A stretch of 64,000 nucleotides of DNA from Eledone cirrhosa (lineage: Eukaryota): NCBI GenBank assembly GCA_964016885.1, contig OZ024742.1:357306001-357370000 (forward strand), written 5' to 3'. This document shows positions 63,343 to 64,000 of the stretch, in pieces. Positions within the stretch are counted from its first letter, which is position 1. The number at the start of each line of letters is the position of its first letter. The position numbers and the translations under genes were made by a program. The notes beneath the pieces are model-generated. The model did not search any database, had not been told where the DNA came from, and saw only the letters and a program-made list of their open reading frames with translations.

Positions 63343-64000
63343 GTAGGTCCCGGGTTGAGTCGGGGATAACCACAGTAAGTAAGGTTTCTCAATACATGGC
63401 AGAGTAAAATTTTTTTATTTTATAGAAGGAGCTTCTACAGGACTAGCACTGTTTCATTCAGATGAAATCTTCAGGAAGCTGGGTGTCATATTAAGTTCTG
63501 GTATATATACATTTAGGTAGTGGCAAGGGAGGGGTGGTGGATGGGGGGGGGGGGGGGGGGGGGGAATGGTATTTAGATACACAGGACCACTTCATGGCAC
63601 AGGCCGTTTTTTCTATGGGGAGTGGTCAATTAGCCAGAGTGCTTTTTTGAAATAAATAAATAAGTAAATAAATAAATAAATGAATAAATAAATAGATAAA
63701 TGAATAAATAATAAATAAATAAAAAATAAATAAATAAATAAAAAAATAATAAAATAATAAAAACCCCAAGAATAGTAATTCAACAGATATATAGTAGGAA
63801 AAATTTTTAGGTGGGTTGGTAATAGAAATGAAGCATTTAACAAGACCGAATCATGGCACAGACTGGGGTGAGTGGTCAAGTTAACATACAAGCCACAGGT
63901 GGCCAGAGTGTTTTAGTAGGATGGAAAGAATAAAATATATTTACATACTCACAACCACATACAAAAACACTTACACACACACATACATATATACTTACAT
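63342..64000 (-). mobile_element. Probable 3' end of a fourth PLE extending beyond the window
   Basis: On the minus strand: hammerhead, then AATAAA, then termination in (TA)n. This is the same layout as PLE1 and PLE3. No coding sequence lies inside the window. Confidence 0.6.
63430..63480 (-). ncRNA. Type I hammerhead ribozyme with a canonical core
   Basis: AGCTTC-CTGAAGA-T-TTCA-tc-TGAA-T-GAAAC-AG-tgctagtc-CT-GTA-GAAGCT: 6-bp stem I, 4-bp stem III, GUA cleavage triplet. Confidence 0.88.

Overview
Eukaryotic, AT-rich, repeat-dominated DNA with no confidently identifiable host gene. The SINE, RTE, CR1 and microsatellite content looks like an octopod cephalopod (inference). Bases 1-13,023 are a 45-bp satellite whose monomer is the 5' head (A-box region) of a tRNA-derived SINE, and the array runs directly into one near-complete copy of that SINE. 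The middle holds RTE LINEs with a PHD-type finger inside the RT, CR1-like tails, two tRNA-SINE families, a mariner fragment, MITEs and five more minisatellites that all have 45-49-bp units. From about 43.5 kb to the end there is a nest of Penelope-like elements (PLEs; RT plus GIY-YIG) and tiny non-coding derivatives sitting in (TA)n tracts. Reading both strands by eye I find nine type I hammerhead ribozyme motifs of six sequence types, some degenerate. They include U3-A8 core variants, a 226-bp element made of two inverted hammerheads, and a tandem 205-bp hammerhead element. All calls are by eye; no searches or folding programs were run.
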